Source: Deltaproteobacteria bacterium TL4 | GTDB taxonomy: Bacteria > SAR324 > NAC60-12 | Length of the DNA stretch: 64,000 nucleotides | Assembly: GCA_051382335.1 (NCBI GenBank) | Contig: JBBCAX010000114.1 | Span: 1 to 64,000 of the forward strand | Direction of reading: 5' to 3' | In this document: positions 62,549-64,000 of the stretch, in pieces | How positions within the stretch are numbered: position 1 is the stretch's first letter | Layout: each line of letters starts with the position of its first letter | Notes under the pieces: model-generated | What the model saw: only the letters and a program-made list of their open reading frames with translations | Database searches by the model: none | What the model was told of the DNA's origin: nothing | Program-made: the position numbers and the translations under genes

Positions 62549-63363
62549 GTCCGGATCCTGCTAAAAAAGGGTTTAGTCTTTTTGAAATCGTCGCTACTTT
62601 GGCGGTGCTGAGTATTTTGCTTGGCACCGTGACGCCTGTTGCCATGAATATTTCGGATACTAGCGATGAGCTGCTGACCTTAAAACAGTTGGAAGTTATC
62701 GAAGCGGGACTCCAATTGTATTACGAGGATGTGAGTGATTTTCCGCCTGAGACTGTTAATTTGCGGAATGGTCAGGTTGCGGCCATAGGTTTGAAGGCCT
62801 TGCTGGAACAACCCGTGAACGCCTCATTGACGCCTTTTATCCTAAGCGCCGCACAATTAAGTACCATCCAATGGCGTGGTCCTTATGTTTCGGGATCCAC
62901 AAAGGAGATACTTCAGGACGCTTGGGGAATTCCTTTTCGTTATCAAATTCAAAAAGACAGTACGGGTTTGAACGTAGTGTCCGCCACCATTTCATCAACG
63001 CATGGACCTTCAAATGTCGTCTACAAAGCGGACATCCGGGAACAGTCAAAAAAAGAAGTCAATGAGATGATCAGTCTCCTTATGGAAGTGGTTCAGGTTG
63101 ATTTGCTCGGGAGTTTAAGACAAGAATCACAAAAGGCGGATCCTGCCGCGGCCATTGATTTTTTAATTCAAAGTATGGATGACCAGGGACGGCCGTTATT
63201 GAGTCCTTTTTATCGAAAGGATCCTTGGGGGCAACCTTATCGCTGGCATTACGAGCTTTTACAATTTTACAGCACAGGTCCCAACCGGGTGATCGACGAA
63301 CCGGCCAAAGCTATTTGTGATGCCACCTATGCCATCTGCGGAGACGATATTGATGGCTTTTAA
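62545..63363 (+). CDS. GspG-like pseudopilin with N-terminal methylation motif
   Basis: KKG|FSLFE, WRGPY, DAWGIPF and DPWGQPY motifs. Confidence 0.85.
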   Translation: MSPDPAKKGFSLFEIVATLAVLSILLGTVTPVAMNISDTSDELLTLKQLEVIEAGLQLYYEDVSDFPPETVNLRNGQVAAIGLKALLEQPVNASLTPFILSAAQLSTIQWRGPYVSGSTKEILQDAWGIPFRYQIQKDSTGLNVVSATISSTHGPSNVVYKADIREQSKKEVNEMISLLMEVVQVDLLGSLRQESQKADPAAAIDFLIQSMDDQGRPLLSPFYRKDPWGQPYRWHYELLQFYSTGPNRVIDEPAKAICDATYAICGDDIDGF

Positions 63364-63397
63364 GGAAAGTTACCCTCGAAGATTTTATAAAAAAAGC

Positions 63398-64000
63398 ATG
63401 ATGATGAAAAACAAAAAACGGACTCATAAGGGATTTAGCCTGGTTGAAATAGTGGTTTCCCTGGGTGTGTTTTCTGTATTGGTGGGAAGTTTGTTACCCT
63501 TGTCTAAAAATTTCACCAACCAAAACAACAATATTAAAACAGCGGGGGAGATGGCAGAAATAGGAGACGCCCTGACGAACTATTACCGGGATACAGGAAG
63601 TGTTCCTGCCAGTGGACTGCTGATCAGCTTGTTTGAACAACCGACAGGAAGTTCCGGTACCTATTGGAGAGGTCCTTATATCACAGGAAATCAGTTTGAG
63701 ATCCTCCATGATTATTGGGGTTCCCCCTATTCATACGTCAGAAGCCCCAAAATTAACGGTCAAAATACGGTGAATGATAATCGAAGCCTTCTTCTTTCTC
63801 CCGGCGCAAACCGGACACAAGAGTGGATCCTCAATTCAGGAGATTATACCCGTGTTGGTGTGGGCGATGATTTGTTCCGTATTATTTCTATCGAAGCGAC
63901 GAAACGTGCGTTTGAAAAAGAAACACGGAATCGTATCAAAACGATCATGCAGAACTTCATGGAAAATCGCGCCAGTGTCTCCTTTGACGAGCTCGATGTT
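63398..64000 (+). CDS. GspG-like pseudopilin, partial (runs off the window; absent from the ORF track)
   Basis: MMMKNKKRTHKG|FSLVEIVV..., YYRDTG, WRGPYI and DYWGSPY motifs. Confidence 0.85.
   Translation, partial: MMMKNKKRTHKGFSLVEIVVSLGVFSVLVGSLLPLSKNFTNQNNNIKTAGEMAEIGDALTNYYRDTGSVPASGLLISLFEQPTGSSGTYWRGPYITGNQFEILHDYWGSPYSYVRSPKINGQNTVNDNRSLLLSPGANRTQEWILNSGDYTRVGVGDDLFRIISIEATKRAFEKETRNRIKTIMQNFMENRASVSFDELDV

Overview
A 64-kb bacterial chromosomal window. The gene style suggests a deltaproteobacterium, but taxonomy cannot be fixed from this sequence alone. Core or near-core blocks: a surface-polysaccharide cluster, sdhCAB, three hybrid histidine kinases, a TPP-riboswitch-controlled thiEDSCGH operon, a moxR/DUF58/batABCDE operon, and the start of a pseudopilin cluster running off the right end. 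Accessory content: (i) an integrase-less integron-type cassette array at 0.5-4.5 kb. Its two cassettes (a cation/H+ antiporter; a DUF3892/Tlde1-like enzyme plus membrane partner) are bounded by attC core sites, each interrupted by remnants of a group IIC-attC intron. (ii) A further attC plus intron 5' half directly upstream of an EcoR124I-like type I R-M locus. There hsdR is destroyed, and DUF1016 genes and 77-bp hairpin mini-ORF modules are inserted at repeated GAAGCATGA junctions. (iii) An orphan LanM with a CCG zinc motif and no visible precursor. (iv) At least four MITE-like families, each carrying an internal REP-like hairpin. All calls come from reading the sequence and motif recognition; no database search was run. 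Several single-base frameshifts could be assembly errors.
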